In this document: one piece after another, positions 25,989 through 39,484 of the stretch
How the letters are laid out: each line of letters begins with the position of its first letter
Numbering within the stretch: position 1 is the first letter of the stretch
Source: Lama guanicoe
Lineage: Eukaryota
Direction of reading: 5' to 3'
Assembly (NCBI GenBank): GCA_013239625.1
Contig: MU054212.1
Span: 5,366,270 to 5,430,269 of the forward strand
DNA length: 64,000 nt
Position numbers and translations under genes: made by a program
Notes under the pieces: model-generated
What the model was told of the DNA's origin: nothing
Seen by the model: only the letters and a program-made list of their open reading frames with translations
The model's database searches: none

Positions 25989-27679
25989 AAACATATATAC
26001 ATTTTGCCATTAAACAAAATTTTATTTCTTTAACTTTCCATTACTCTTAATTCCTTCTCATTTTTCTAGTTGGAAGGAAAAGCATCAAATTTAGGGTTTC
26101 CATGTAACAGCCTTACTCACTCTAGCCAAAGTTCATCCCCCATCTTCATAGAAAGTCTCATGAGGTATCTTAGGTCATGGACCAGGAACTGGACCTGAAA
26201 ATTGCCAGGATGGACAAGCTGAGGAGGGGTAGTGAAGGCAAATCAGAGATGGTTTTAACAAAATGTTAAAAAAAAAATCTTTAACTTTTGGAAACCAAGA
26301 TTTTCCTGAATCTTTATTTTCCTTTAGATTTAACTGCTCGGATTTATCTTGTTTCCTTTCTGACACGATGTCCCCCCACCAAACTCCCCCTTACAATTTG
26401 TTTCTAATTGTTGATTTACAAGCATGTGCTCCTCTGTGCTATTGGCTGGAGACTTTCAAGTAACATCCCAGTTGAATCACATATTACCTTTAAGTAACCA
26501 TCCACAAACAGAAATCCTTAGACTTCTGTTTTGGTTTTGATGATGCTTATTTTTAACAAGGATGTTGCCTTTCTTTTTGATCCAGTATTATCTTCTGTAG
26601 GAAATCCAAATGTCCTAAAATATAATTATTTCTGTCATCAAAATAATGACCAAAAAAAAGAGAAAATTTTAATTTGAATAAAATGAGCTTTTTACATTCT
26701 AATTTTGAGAACCTGAAAAATTTCAGTAAATTTTCTGCTCTTAAGTTCAGCCTTTCTTGGTTCTACCAAAATGAATTAGAACAACAGGCACCTGTCCAAA
26801 CTTTAAATTTGGAAACAAGCTCTGTTTTTCTCAGTTTGTTAATTACCTGTGATGCCTTGACTATAGCAAATACCTATCATGTGTTTGTTGAATGAGCCTT
26901 GTCCAAAGCCATACCAAAAACATATAAATTATGGAGAAGATGGTACATTTATCTGTACTGCATTATCTGAAGTGATTGTCCACACTGATTTCATTTAAAA
27001 TGTAATTTTTTCCCCTCTTCATTGTGCCTCGTCTTACTTGCATGATCCCTTCCCTTGTGGTGTATGGGTTTTTTTAAATTTTGTTTTTGTTTTTTGGAAG
27101 CAGGGAGCTCATATTCCAAAATTAAAACTTTTGGGTCCATTACATGAGTAATTAGTGTAAAAGCAGTACAAAGCTAATAAAATTATTGTGAATTAAAAGA
27201 CATAATCAGCTTTAAGTAACAACAGCAGTAAAATCCATGAGATATGTATAAGAGTACTTGGATACTGCTGTCCAGAAAGTCACTCAAATTATTACATAAA
27301 CTTTAGTAATGAACTACTGATACTCCACCAGGTTTGTTTGTGCCTTTTGGAAATTGCAAAAGGTACAACAAATATATGCTAATGTGGTCTTTAAAATGTT
27401 GAAATGGAAGAGTTTGGGAGATCATAAATTAACATTTCCTAATTCAGAGAGTCTACAAAAATCATTAAACTCTGTGATAAATTTGTAAAGTCATGGTAAC
27501 ACTTCTAGGCTGTTATACATAAAGAGGAATCAACTTTCCCACTTTTTGCTGGTCATTTCTAGGTATTTTTATGGTAGCTTTGCTTTGTGAATGTGTAATG
27601 CAGGATTCCCCCTGACCTAGGTGTTGGAGAAGAGAAGATCTAGTTAATGAGTCCCTCTTTTGCAAGAGGGTTCCAATTC

Positions 27680-28290
27680 CTTTGGGAGTAAAATTAGGTA
27701 CAGTCACTTTGAAAAACCATTTATCAATACTGACTTACAGTGAACAAATGCACACTCTGTGGCCAAGCAATTCTTTTCCTAGTCATACACCCACCAAACA
27801 TATACACATGGTCACCACATGACATGTTTGAGACTGTCCACAGCCTTGTACTCTTTAGAGCCCCTGAACTCGAAAACGATCCAAATGGAATACATTTGTT
27901 GTATTCAATTAGCAGAGCACTATAGAGAAGTCCCTGAAAAATCTGCAGCTATACACAGCAACATGGACAAATCTTTAAAAACATACAGACAAACCAAAAA
28001 AAAAAAAAAGCCATACAAATGAGTACATACAGTATGGTTATGTTTATAAAAAGTTCAAAACCAGGAAAAATTAACCTAATTTCTTAGAAGTCAGGATCAT
28101 GGTTACCCCTGGTAGAGGTGAGGACAGGTAAAATTACCTGGACGTGGAAATGAGGGCGACTTCTCAGGGGCCAGCAAAGCTGTTTGTTAATATCGGTGCC
28201 CGTGCATGGGGGTATTAACTCATTAACAATCAACCAAGCTATCCACCCATGATTTTGTATTTTTATATGTGTATAAGTATGCATATTCTA
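27680..28290 (+). mobile_element. Ancient L1 (L1ME-type) 3' end
   Basis: gtacagtcactttgaaaaac, cacagcaacatggacaaatct, aaaaagttcaaaaccaggaaaaattaacct, ttagaagtcaggatcatggttaccc. Confidence 0.8.
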
Positions 28291-28589
28291 GTATTTATTA
28301 TGTGAACTCCTTCAGGAGAGTTACCTTGAATTTCTAGACTTTTGCCTAACAAAACGTCCTCTATAAAATATGTATATGACAGATTTTCTCCCTTATACGG
28401 TGCAGAGGCCCGGGGAGAAATCCTCCACTATCATGGATTATATATGTGTGTGTTTCAAACAAGTGCCTCCACCCAGTCACACAACATGGCTATGTATACA
28501 AATGACAAATTGCTCCAGGACATATACTCAGGAGACCTGATGCCACCTGAGACGTGATTTTTGACACTAAAGAGACAGAATGTAGTAAA

Positions 28590-29170
28590 AGCAACCATAA
28601 GACTCCAGGAAGTGTTCCTGAGCGGGTGGCCTTAAGGAGGTGACATTTGACAGGAAAGAGCCTGCAGTGTGAAGCACTAGGGACAGAGCCGTCTTGACAA
28701 GAAGAAAGAGTAAATGCCAAGCCCCTGACATGAATTCATGAAAAATGGAACAAGGCCTGGCTACTGGCTACAGTGGAGGAACGGAGAAGTGATAGAGATG
28801 GTGGGACAGGCAGGCGGTGGAGGGGGGCTCAGGTCAATGCAGCTGAAGAAAATGGATTTTTGTGCAGCTCTGAAGCCACCGGAAGTTTAAGACAGGTCAG
28901 TAACGTGATCATGATCTAATTGGCATTTTCAAAAGTTCATTCTGTCTACTGTATAGAAAATGGATTGTGAGGAGGAAATGGAAGCAGAAAACCCACCACG
29001 AGGTTGCCGCATTGAGAGGTGATAGCAGCTTAGAGTTGACAGGATGCGCTGAAGGAGTGCGCGTAGGACTGACAGACATAGAAGGATCAGATGTTTGGGG
29101 GCCTGAACGAGTCAAAGGATGGCAGTTCCATTTACTGAGGAAACTTGGAAAGACCAAGCTCAGTGGGAAG
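28590..29170 (-). mobile_element. L2 LINE fragment
   Basis: aaggaggtgacatttga, gtaacgtgatcatgatctaattggcattttcaaaagttcattctgtctactgtatagaaaatggattg, ggatggcagttccatttactgagg. Confidence 0.8.
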
Positions 29171-31536
29171 GATGCATTTACAGTATTTAGTGCAAAGCAT
29201 AGAATGTTTAATTAGTGTCATTTTTGTTACTGTCTTCCCTATTGAATTGCCTGTATTGGGAGGCTATAAAACTCTTAAAACAAAACGTGATCTGTACACT
29301 TGACCATGACAGTCATAAAAAGTCCATGCAAGGTTCCTCAGCATCAGTTATAAGGAATTCTGAAACGAGCTGCCTTTTTACAGGAAATGAGATTAGAAAT
29401 TAGAGAAAAATTATTTTTCTCAGTGCCAACTTTATTCTCAAAGACGAAGTGTCCTGAAATCTACTCTTATGAATATGAAATCTTTAAAAAATGTCTATAT
29501 AGTGGAGTGGACATATTATTTATAACCAAAATTGACAGTAGCCACTTTCACTCTCTCAGGGCAATGGTACAGCTCATATGAGTTGGAAATACATCTCTAT
29601 TTTGCAAATGTCAAAACTGATTCAGTTTCTTCTGTGCTGCTCAATGACAGAACCTGAAATAGATAATTTATCTGTTGTCAAACAGAGTGCATTAAAGAGT
29701 CTTTTTTTAGAGCAAAGGAGGATAGAAGGAGTAGAGAATTAAACTTACTTGTGTGTTAGAGCAAATAGAATTGAGATTTCAAGACGCCAACTCTTCTGTA
29801 GGAAAGGACCAACACTTCAGTAGAAAAAGCCATACACAAATGTTTCTAATGGGATTTTTTTTTGTAGGTTAGAACATCATAAAATTTGGTTGATGTTCCA
29901 TATCTGGTTAGACAGAGGGCAGAGGGAACAAAGGAAATGAGGCTGTGGATCCTTAGAAGATAAGTAATAAATTGTGCTAATTTGAAACACACACCAGCAC
30001 ACACACATGCACATATACACACATACACACGTGTGCATGTTTAATTCAAGTTCAGCAGTAACTATAGCAATTGTTTATGACTTAGATCAAAGATATTTTC
30101 AGGGAGGATAATTCTATTATTGGCATTATTTAGAACTGTTGGCATACGGTGATTTAAAAAAATGTCAATTTTGAGTCAGTTCTATTTTTGTAATTATCTG
30201 AAGACAATATCTGTATCAAGGGTATACTGCACTCAACCCTCCTCCCTTTGTCTGTATATTGTAAGAAAATCATATGCAGACAAAGGTGGGTTACTAAAAT
30301 TGCATGTGTATGTATGCATATACATCACATATATATGTATGTGTTTATATATACACATTTCTTAAGGGGCAGGGTGACCTCAGCTGACATCTGTGTTACA
30401 CTTAGAATGTGTTAAGCATAAAAGACTAACATTTATCATAAGATCAATAATTTTTAAGGGCTGCAAAAATACAAGCATGAAAATATAAACATTTTTCTTG
30501 AAAAGGTAGATTTTACAGTTTATACAGAATAGTTTGATTTTCAAAATGTATTCTGAAACTCCATGCAGCATTCAAATATATAAACTTAAACTTTATACCT
30601 AATATCAGACTCCATCTAAAGATAATCATTCCCCATGTTTATATAAAATGAATGTAATAAAAATTTTATTATACATTACGGACATTCATATTAAAAAGAC
30701 AGAAGATACCCTATGTATAGAAAAACTTTCAAGTTCTCATAATTTTTTTAAATCTCATTTTTTCCGTAAAGAATAATGGTTATCTCAGGTTAAACTTCCT
30801 AAACTTCAGACTGTTCTTTTTCACTCTTTTTTTTCTGTAATCATGTAAAAGACACACACAAAAGTACATGCCATGACCTAAAATGAGCTTAAAATTTAGC
30901 TCTAATGTCATCTGTCTTTATAAAGTGACTCTTTCTGTGAGTAGAACATTCAATCAATGTATCACACAAGCGGTAGAACTTCTGGAAGTTTCTTCTCATG
31001 GAAACAAGTCTTCCCATGAGGCTTCCATGTACTGTCTGTGGTGTCCTTTACATTCTCGTCGTAATTTGAAGGTGTAAAACCAAAGCCTGGGAATCTGGAT
31101 TGGTACAATATTCTTGAAAAGAACAGTCAGAAGTAGCTGAGCTATCTTTATGCCTTTGTACCAACCAGGCACACATATATTAAAAACTGGGTGACAGAAA
31201 ATCAATAAAATGCATTAAATCTGAGTTGGTTCCACAAGTTAAAAAAATAAATAAGTAAATACGAAAACAAAACCTATTATTCCATTCAAAACGCATGGTC
31301 ACCTGCGAGGTCTCAATCCTCCAGGAATACAGCCTGTCTTAACGGATTTACTGATAAAACTAGTAACTAGGAGGGTCAAGATTTAAGATCCACTGTATGT
31401 TTTCTATATCTGTAGGTAGTATTTTCTTCAAATAGTTGAGAAATATTTGATTTAAACCCTTGTTTAGCCCATAACAAAGAAGTGCCAGATTTGATCCAAA
31501 TTGTTAACATACTGCATTAAGGATTAAGTACTTTTT

Positions 31537-31635
31537 CATGAGTCTTTTTCTCTTTTTTAATTGAAGTGTAGTCAGTTTACAATGTTACGTCAGCTGCTGG
31601 TGTACAGCATTAGTTCAGTCACACATATACATATC
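31537..31635 (-). mobile_element. Extremely 5'-truncated L1 (about 80 bp of 3' UTR plus decayed tail)
   Basis: ttttttaattgaagtgtagtcagtttacaatgtt...ggtgtacagcattagttcagtcacacatatacata. Perfect 11-bp TSD AAGTACTTTTT at 31526-31536 and 31636-31646. Confidence 0.9.
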
Positions 31636-31744
31636 AAGTACTTTTTAAAACCGCAGTTCTGGTTAGTTTCTTTCTACTCAGCATCAACCAAAGCTATCCT
31701 GTCACTTGGCAGAGAAGCTTCTAAAGAGCACCTTTGCCCAGGGC

Positions 31745-32306
31745 TGATCCTTTGTGCCTGAGATGCTGTCTCACAGGGGCATTTGGTGTTCTGTCTTGCA
31801 AAAGCTGCATTTTTCTGGATCCACGTGCTGTTTTAGACTCTGCTTGGTCCTTTGGTCCCAGGTGGCTATCTATTGCCCTGATGTAAAAGAAAACATTTTG
31901 TTTCTGTACAATTTGGTGTAGACCCTTCAGTTCACAGACATTCTGAAACCATCACTCTTTGTTGGTTTTGGTTCCCTGTTAGCCTGCTTAGAGTATATGA
32001 AATTCCTTCCCCCACCACGTGCCCATTGATCCTTTGTGCCTGAGATGCTGTCTCACAGAGGCGTTTGGTGTTCTGTCTTGCAAAAGCTGCATTTTTCTGG
32101 ATCCACGTGCCGTTTTAGACTCTGCTTGGTCCTTTGGTCCCAGGTGGCTATCTATTGCCCTGATGTAAAAGAAAGCATTTTGTTTCTGCACAATTTGGTG
32201 TAGACCCTTCAGTTCACAGACATTCTGAAACGATCACTCTTTGTTGGTTTTGGTTCCTGTTAGCCTGCTTAGAGTATATGAAATTCCTTCCCCCACCACG
32301 TGCCCA
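31745..32306. repeat. Tandem duplication: 31745-32025 (281 bp) and 32027-32306 (280 bp)
   Basis: Direct alignment shows 6 substitutions and one 1-bp indel. Confidence 0.95.
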
Positions 32307-32329
32307 GTAAAGGAGTAGGAACCTGACTC

Positions 32330-32508
32330 CCTTCAGCTATACTTTCCCTCAGATCTCAGTGGCAAAAACTGTGCCACACATTTACAAAAGATGCTAGGAA
32401 ATGTCGTTTTTTTAACTGTTCCCTTACATAGCCAACAAATTCAAAACTCTGTTAGTAAGGAGATATGGAAGAATAAATATTGATAATAAGCTAGCTGCTT
32501 AGGTCACA
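32330..32508 (-). mobile_element. Old MLT1 (J/K/L group) LTR fragment
   Basis: cagtggcaaaaactgtgccacac...aaaagatgctaggaaatgt...ctctgttagtaaggagatatggaagaataaatattg. Confidence 0.55.
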
Positions 32509-32621
32509 AGAGCAATCTCTTTATATAATAAACATTTATTGCATAGACATTTAGGTATTTTATAGTGGTTCAGATGGAGAGAAAGGAAAGTCCAGCGATG
32601 ACTAAAATAAATGAAAAATCT

Positions 32622-32950
32622 TCTTTAGACTGAATGTTTGTGTCTCTCATAATTCATATCTTGAAACCTAACCTCGAAGGTAACAGTATTATATGGGACC
32701 TTTGGGGTGATTGGATCATGAGTATGGAGACTTCATGGGTGATATTAAGACCCACTTAAAAGAGTCCCCCGAAGCTCCCTCACCCTTTACATCGTGTGAG
32801 AACATAGGATCATCTGTGAATGAGGAAGTGAGTCCTCACCAGATACTGTATGTGCTGGAGCCTTGATCCTGGACTTCCCAACCTCCAGAACTGTGATAAT
32901 GAATGTTTCTTGTATGAGCCATCCGGTGTGTTATTTTTGAGAGCAGTTAT
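32622..32950 (+). mobile_element. MLT1A/MST-like MaLR LTR
   Basis: gactgaatgtttgtgtctct...aattcatatcttgaaacctaacc...cctcaccagatactg...gccttgatcctggacttcccaacctccagaactgtga. Confidence 0.88.
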
Positions 32951-35537
32951 GCAGTGTTGCTCCCAATGTCTTGAAAAAAAGAGATAATAGAATACTATCT
33001 ATAACTCTTTTTCTTCCATCAGCAAGTCTTATTTTAAAAACCTAATAAACGCTTGGTACTGAATTCCCAAGGCTAGCCTGTATTTAAGGGATGGAGATGC
33101 TGACTCTACCTCTTGGTTGGAGGAACATGGCAGGAATTGCTATGACCATCTTAGAACTTTGTACATTTTGTAAGGTCGTCACTAACATTTTGTCAGGCGG
33201 AGTAGCTGAGTAACAGCCTGCCACGCAAGCTTTCCTTAACACAGTCAAAGTTCTCCAAAGTACGCACTCCCTAGGAGACAGTACTCTCACTTCACTAATT
33301 TTAAACTCTCCACCTACATTTTCAGGGGGAGTTGCCTCATAAGCATGAAATTCTCTACCATTCTATTTTGTTCCATTTGACCCAGTTCTGTAAATTTCAA
33401 ATTGGGTATCTTGGTTATGATGGTTCATATTTTCTGAGTTTCCTCATATTTAAAATTTTGATTAATGATATCATCTACCTTAGTAATCAAAAAAGTTTAC
33501 ACGTCAGATGAAATCATGAAATATAGAGTTCTCCACCACTTGCAAATTTTTACACACATGGGAATTGTTGTTATGCTTTGCTTTGGCTCATCTTGTTCTG
33601 CTCTATCAACATTATTCCGTCCCCCACACAAATTCTTTACTCAATAATGATTTGATAAAAATACATCATCTTCCTGTGGCATGGCAGTCCTTCATAATGA
33701 AAATGAAAGTTAAAAAGATTAAATACAGAAATAATTTTATTTCCTCCTGAAAATTCTCCCCTCCTGTACATCCTACTTGTTACCCTCACATCTCACTGCC
33801 CTACCCAATGTGAATTTCAAAGTATAGTTGAATATTTGAATAATTATTCATTCATTTTGATAATTTATATTCTTTGTTTGCTATATGTATCCCTATTCAA
33901 ATAATTTATTTACAGAAAACTCAACTATTAGCTCTAATGAAGAGAAGCAGGACACTGATAATCAAAAAGAGTGTTCAGGGCAGTTCTTATTTGTTTGGGG
34001 GATTAATTTTTTTTGAAGGATTTGCTTTTGTAATTATATTTTTTTTTCTCACTAGAATTAAACTTTATTTGCATTCCTTGGGCAGGGAAGTATGAGATAC
34101 TGAGGAGAATTCTGAGTACCGAGAGAAGATGATCTGGATGTAAACAAAATTCCATAAGCCACACAATTTGAAAATATACTGATCATTCACAGTTGATCAC
34201 ATAATACATCTGCTTATGTTCATTCCCTTTCTTCACCATATCATAAAGTCTTTGAGTAGAGGGACCAGCTGCAAACAAATTCTATAACTATTAAAGTGAA
34301 AAGTACCATACCAAGCCCTTAGTCTGACTATGATCAATAATTCCAAGTGGCAAGAATATTGTGACTGAAGTCTGGGGCTGATCCGAAAGCTAATAAGTTG
34401 ATGTGATTTTACTGTGTCTTCTATTCTCCCTCTTCTGATATAAATATTTGGGGTGTATGTGCATATGTATATGTGCAGGCGGAGACAGAGGAGGGGGGAG
34501 ATTGAGTAGGATAATAAAAGAAAATGATATTCCAACAATTTTTTGACAAAATTCATAGCAGTATAAAGAATGGTTCCAGGGGAGAAAAACAATAAGATAA
34601 ACATTTAAAACTCATATTTCATAAATACGAAGTGATTTCAGAGTTTACCTCAATGAATGTAATGGAACACTTATTGCTTTTATTTAATTTAGAACAGGAT
34701 ATGCATTAGCTGTCTCTTAGCTAAGTTCATTTATAAACTATTAATGGTGTAATTTGCATTTTCATCAAGAAGGCAAAAAAAAGTATTGCATCGTCCCTTT
34801 TTCTCCAGACACTGAGTCATTATTTAATTAAGTACTCTTTACAGTTTTACATATCACATTTGCATTTTTATCTAGGTGCTGCAATTGAGTAAATATATTT
34901 AATTTGTCATTTCATATATTTTTTAATCTAAGCATATGAAGATCATTAGCTTTTCTTATAATGCCATGTTTTCTTTAAATTCTTTAACTCATAGACAATA
35001 GTTTCACTTCCTTTTATTTGAAAATAGTGTTGTTACTAAGTTTAGAGGCCAAAAGAAAACCAAAATAATCTGTACAAATTTTCAGTGACCTAGTTCATAG
35101 ACTCCATTTTAAAAGTAATTGCATTTTTACTATATATTGTGTGGTGTTTCCAATTACTTCTTTACACAGACAATTTTCCCGCTGCATGTCTCCTTTTAAG
35201 AACTATGTAAATAGTTAACCATGTTTTGAAAATTCTACAAAATCCTTAATAAATCTTAAGCTCAGATAACATTAAAGAATATTATTAAAGTGGAAGAAGT
35301 GAATATAAAATATGAGCTCAAGAGATTGTGATCATTATCTACAATTATAGAAAGAACTGTTTTCAGGAAACAGAAAATTACAAAAATGAAAACTGATTTT
35401 GAGTATTAGGGAAATATGGAAGTCTTTAAATTCTGTGATACTCTTCTGAGCTAGGTAAAATAACTCCCTTGTTTAGAATAGTTTATTGATTTCTTTAAAA
35501 GAAAGTGAAAGCAAAGTGGCAGAAAAAATCTACAGCC

Positions 35538-35590
35538 ATCTATCTATCTGTCTGTCTGTCTGTCTGTCTAATCATCTCTATCTGTATATG
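35538..35590. repeat. (TCTA)n/(TCTG)n microsatellite
   Basis: atctatctatctgtctgtctgtctgtctgtctaatcatctctatctgtat. Confidence 0.85.
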
Positions 35591-36158
35591 CATGTGTTTA
35601 AAGAGAATATTGAAAAACTTAACCAACAATTCACCAGACTAGTGATGTCTCCCAGCTCAAGATTTACTCTTTATACCCATTGCTCTCTTCACCAATGGTG
35701 GGAGCACAGGGAAATTTTTTAAAGTGACAAGTTTTTTGTACTTGAAAATAAAGATATTAAATGTTTGTATTAGCACATTGTTGTATCGGAAAATCTTTGA
35801 TGAGGTTTACAGAAGTAGATATATTCCTAGAAAACTTATATGGATTCTTTCAGAAAAGAGTACTGTTTTGTACTTATAAAAGACTTGAAATTAGCCTGGT
35901 ACATATATAATCATCCTTCATGACCACAGATACAGTAAGGCTGTAAATAAGTTCAGCTCAGTTCAGATGAACACATTTTTATAATGTAGCTGCCAAAGTT
36001 TCTTTCCTTACAGCATTTAAGATTTCAGAGTAACAATCAATTTTATATCATAACAAGACCTTGAATAGCTCAAAAGAAATATAATGTTTAGGCTATTAAG
36101 ATATTCAGGTATAAACATAATAAATGAGACAGATTATTCAATTTAAAGGTATATTCAG

Positions 36159-36853
36159 CCTCCAGATTCATCCATGTTGTCGCGAATGGCAGAATTTCCT
36201 TTCTTAAGTCTTCCATTGTATGCATATACCATATTTTCTTTATTCATTCATTTGTCAGTGAATATTTAGGTTGCTTCCATGTCTTGGCTATTGTGAATAA
36301 TGCTTCAGTGGACAAGGGAGTGCAGATATTCCTTCAAGATTCCAATATCAATTCTTTTGGATATATATTCAGCATGGGGTTGCTGGATCATATGGTAATT
36401 CTATTTTCAATTTTTTGAGGAACCTCCATACTGTTTTCCGTAGTGGCTGCATCAATTTATACCCCTACTGACAATGTTCAAGGGTTTCCTTTTTTCTGCA
36501 TCCTCACCAACACTCTTCTTTTGTTTTGTCTTCACTTTTGTTTTTGTTTTGTAATAGCCATCCTTACAGGTGTGAGGTGTCGGGGGCTATTTCATTTTGG
36601 CTTTGATTGGCATTTCTTTGATCATTAGTTATGCTGAATACATTTTCACATACTCATCGGCCACTTTTCTGTCTTCTTTGGGCTCCTTTGCTAATTGGGT
36701 TATTTGTTTTCTTGCTGTTGAGCTGCAAGAGTCCCTTATATATTTCAGATATTAACCCTTCATCAGATATATAGTTTGCAAATATTTTCTCCCATTCTGT
36801 AGGTTGCTTTTGATTTTGTTGATTGTTTCCTTTGCTGAGCAGAAGCATTTTTT
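36159..36853 (-). mobile_element. Older L1 (L1MA-type) ORF2 3' segment, probably the inverted part of the element at 37052-37670
   Basis: ORF 36654-36848 has QPTEWEKIFANYISDEGLISEIYKGLLQLNSKKTNNPI, which is L1 ORF2 C-terminal sequence. Confidence 0.9.
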
Positions 36854-36881
36854 CTGCCTTTATATTATTTTCTTAAACCAG

Positions 36882-36986
36882 CAATTAAGCTATAATTGAT
36901 GTACTAAAATCTGTACATTTTTAATGTAAACAACCTGATGAATCTGACAGTAAGTATATACTTGTTAAACCATCACCACAATCAAG
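36882..36986 (-). mobile_element. Short L1MA-type 3' end fragment
   Basis: aattaagctataattgatgtactaaaatctgtacatttttaatgtaaacaacctgatgaat...aaaccatcaccacaatcaag. Confidence 0.65.
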
Positions 36987-37051
36987 ACTTTTTATTTATG
37001 AGGAATTTACTTTTTGTTTATAAAGAATTTACAAGGCTTTACTTTTGTGAG

Positions 37052-37670
37052 AAATCTAACAGGCCAAACTCATAGAAGCAGAGCGTATAATAGTGGTTGT
37101 AAGGGACTGGGAGAAGGGGAAAAAGAGGGAAGTATTAATCAAAAAGTACCAAATTTCAGTTACACAAGATGAATAAGTCCTAAAGAGCTACTGTACCACA
37201 GTCTAGAATTAATAATAATGTACTATATACTTAAATTTGCTAAGAAAGTATATCTTAAGTTTTATTATCCCAAAATTAATAGTAATAGTAATATAATAAA
37301 GAGGGTGAGAGGAAACTTTTGGAGGAGACAGATATGTTACGGCATAGATTGGTGATAGTTTCAGAGATGTATACTCATCTCCAGACTCATCAAATTTATA
37401 CATTAATTACATACAATTTTTTGTGTGTCACTCATACCTCAATATTGCAAATGTTAGCCACTATATATAAAAATAGATTTAAAAAACTAATTTCTTTTGT
37501 ATAGCACAGGGAACTATATTCAGTATCTTGTAATAACCTTTAATGAAAAAGAATATGAAATGAATGTATGTATGTATATGCATGACTGGCACATTGTGCT
37601 GTACACCAGAAATTGATACATTGTAACTGTCTCTACTTCAGTTAAAAAATTCATACCTCAATAAAGCATT
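37052..37670 (+). mobile_element. L1MA9-like 3' UTR interrupted by a younger L1
   Basis: aaactcatagaagcagag...tttcagttacacaagatgaataagtcc...ggaaacttttggagg...catacctcaataaagc. Confidence 0.85.
37445..37650 (+). mobile_element. Younger cetartiodactyl/camelid L1 3' end nested in an older L1
   Basis: tgtatagcacagggaactatattcagtatcttgtaataacc...tgctgtacaccagaaattga. 13-bp TSD TCATACCTCAATA at 37432-37444 and 37651-37663. Confidence 0.9.
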
Positions 37671-37899
37671 TTTAAGAGTATATTTTTTCCTAAAATAAAC
37701 CTTATCTTTTTCTCTATCTTTTCATATATTCAAAAATCTCAAATATCACTGATTGAATTGTGACACTGTATTTACCATAATAAATTAAATGTTTGGAGGA
37801 GGCCTCAGATATGATGCAATATCTATCTCTGGGGAGATGCAGTAAAGAACAAGAGTTTGCATATATAAACATTTAAGATAAATGCCATACTGTCTATGA

Positions 37900-38100
37900 G
37901 CACAGGCAGAGGAGATAGAACTGAGTTTGAAACTTGGCTCCACTGCTTCCCAGCTGGTGACATTGGACAAGTTTCTGTATCAGAAAATGGTGATGGTAAC
38001 CACCCTGGAGGCAGATTTTTAACATTAAATGATAAATTCATGTAATGATTTGACAGAAGATCTATCAGTCACTTAATAAGCACCCAGTAAATAATCATTA
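37900..38100 (+). mobile_element. MIR SINE
   Basis: ctgagtttgaaacttggctccactgcttcccagctggtgacattggacaagtt...taataagcacccagtaaata. Confidence 0.75.
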
Positions 38101-39484
38101 TGTCACTAGCCTAGTCTGAAGGGTAACTCAAGAAAAGAAAGAAAAGAAATGCTAATCCAAGTGCTGGTACTCAGCGAGCTTAATAACATTCAGGGTTTAG
38201 TCTGAGAAAACTTAATTAAATATAGTCATTCTCTCACTTCTTTTCCCTATAACTCAATTTTGGAAGAAATCTGATTTTTTTACGGGAGATGGACTCTATT
38301 TTTTTGCAAGTGCTTGCTTTAGCCTCATGATGTGAAACAGCAAAGCAGATACACTGCTAGGAAATATGAGATGGCAGAGTGCAAATTTGGTGGGCCAAAT
38401 AGAATTTCCGTGGGTGTAATGATTTTTAGGAACTGACAGCAAGCTGTCTAATACCATATTTCCATATTCATCCTCCAGTAGCATGAGCCGCAGAATTCCT
38501 AGCTGAGAGCCTTCCTGGTTGGCTGGGTTATAACTTTGGGAAGTTTTATAGCTGAACTTTAAAATAAATCCACGTGATCTGGGGCTTTAAATTCAATTTT
38601 TGGAATATTAATCTAAGAGAACAACAGACATTTATTCTGTCCAAATGTGCCATTGGCTCTCTTAAACCCATGCTGCACAATTTTTCCGTGAATGATTGAG
38701 AACCTGGTGTTTCCTCCTTGTCACCGTACGTTCCACAAAAGGCAGTAACTCCTTAATGGATATTTGTTCACCTGTCTCATCTATTCCAATAAAAATCTGA
38801 AGTAAATACACACTTGAATTGCTTTGAGAATTTATTCACAGAGAAATTATCTGTCAGGAAGTTAAGTTATATCCACGAGATATTCATCGCTTTTCCGTGT
38901 GTAGTCGGCCACCAGATGGTCGCTCTCCTCAGCTCTCGTGGGCTGTGAATTGGCACTAATTGAAACATCAACACTCACTTCAAGGCTCCTATAGAGGAAC
39001 CACATCTCCAGTTCTCCAAACCCTCTTAAACCACGAATTTAGAGTGTTCTGCATTTAATGTTATTGTTTTCACTTCACAAAAAAAATCAATAACATCTTC
39101 ACAGAAGATGTTACACATGTGGTGGAAAGAAAATCCTTCAAGTTTTATCATTTACATTTTTACGTAATTTTATCCTGATTCTAAATGGCTCCAAATAGCC
39201 TTTTTTTCAAAATGGTATAAAACATTGCATATGAAGAATTTCACTCTAAGAAAAATATTATTTTGAATTGCTTTGATTTTATTGAAGACACACATAGGTT
39301 TTTTTTAATGATGGGAAATAAAAATAAATTACTATTTGATTATCTCCAGTATCATTTTCATGCCCCTGAGGTAGACAAACAAAAGTACACCTAAACTGAT
39401 TACAGCTACCCTCATTGTTTTCCTAGCAAATATCTTTATTGGTCAAGTTCCTCATTGTTGACTAAATACTATAATAAAACCTTG

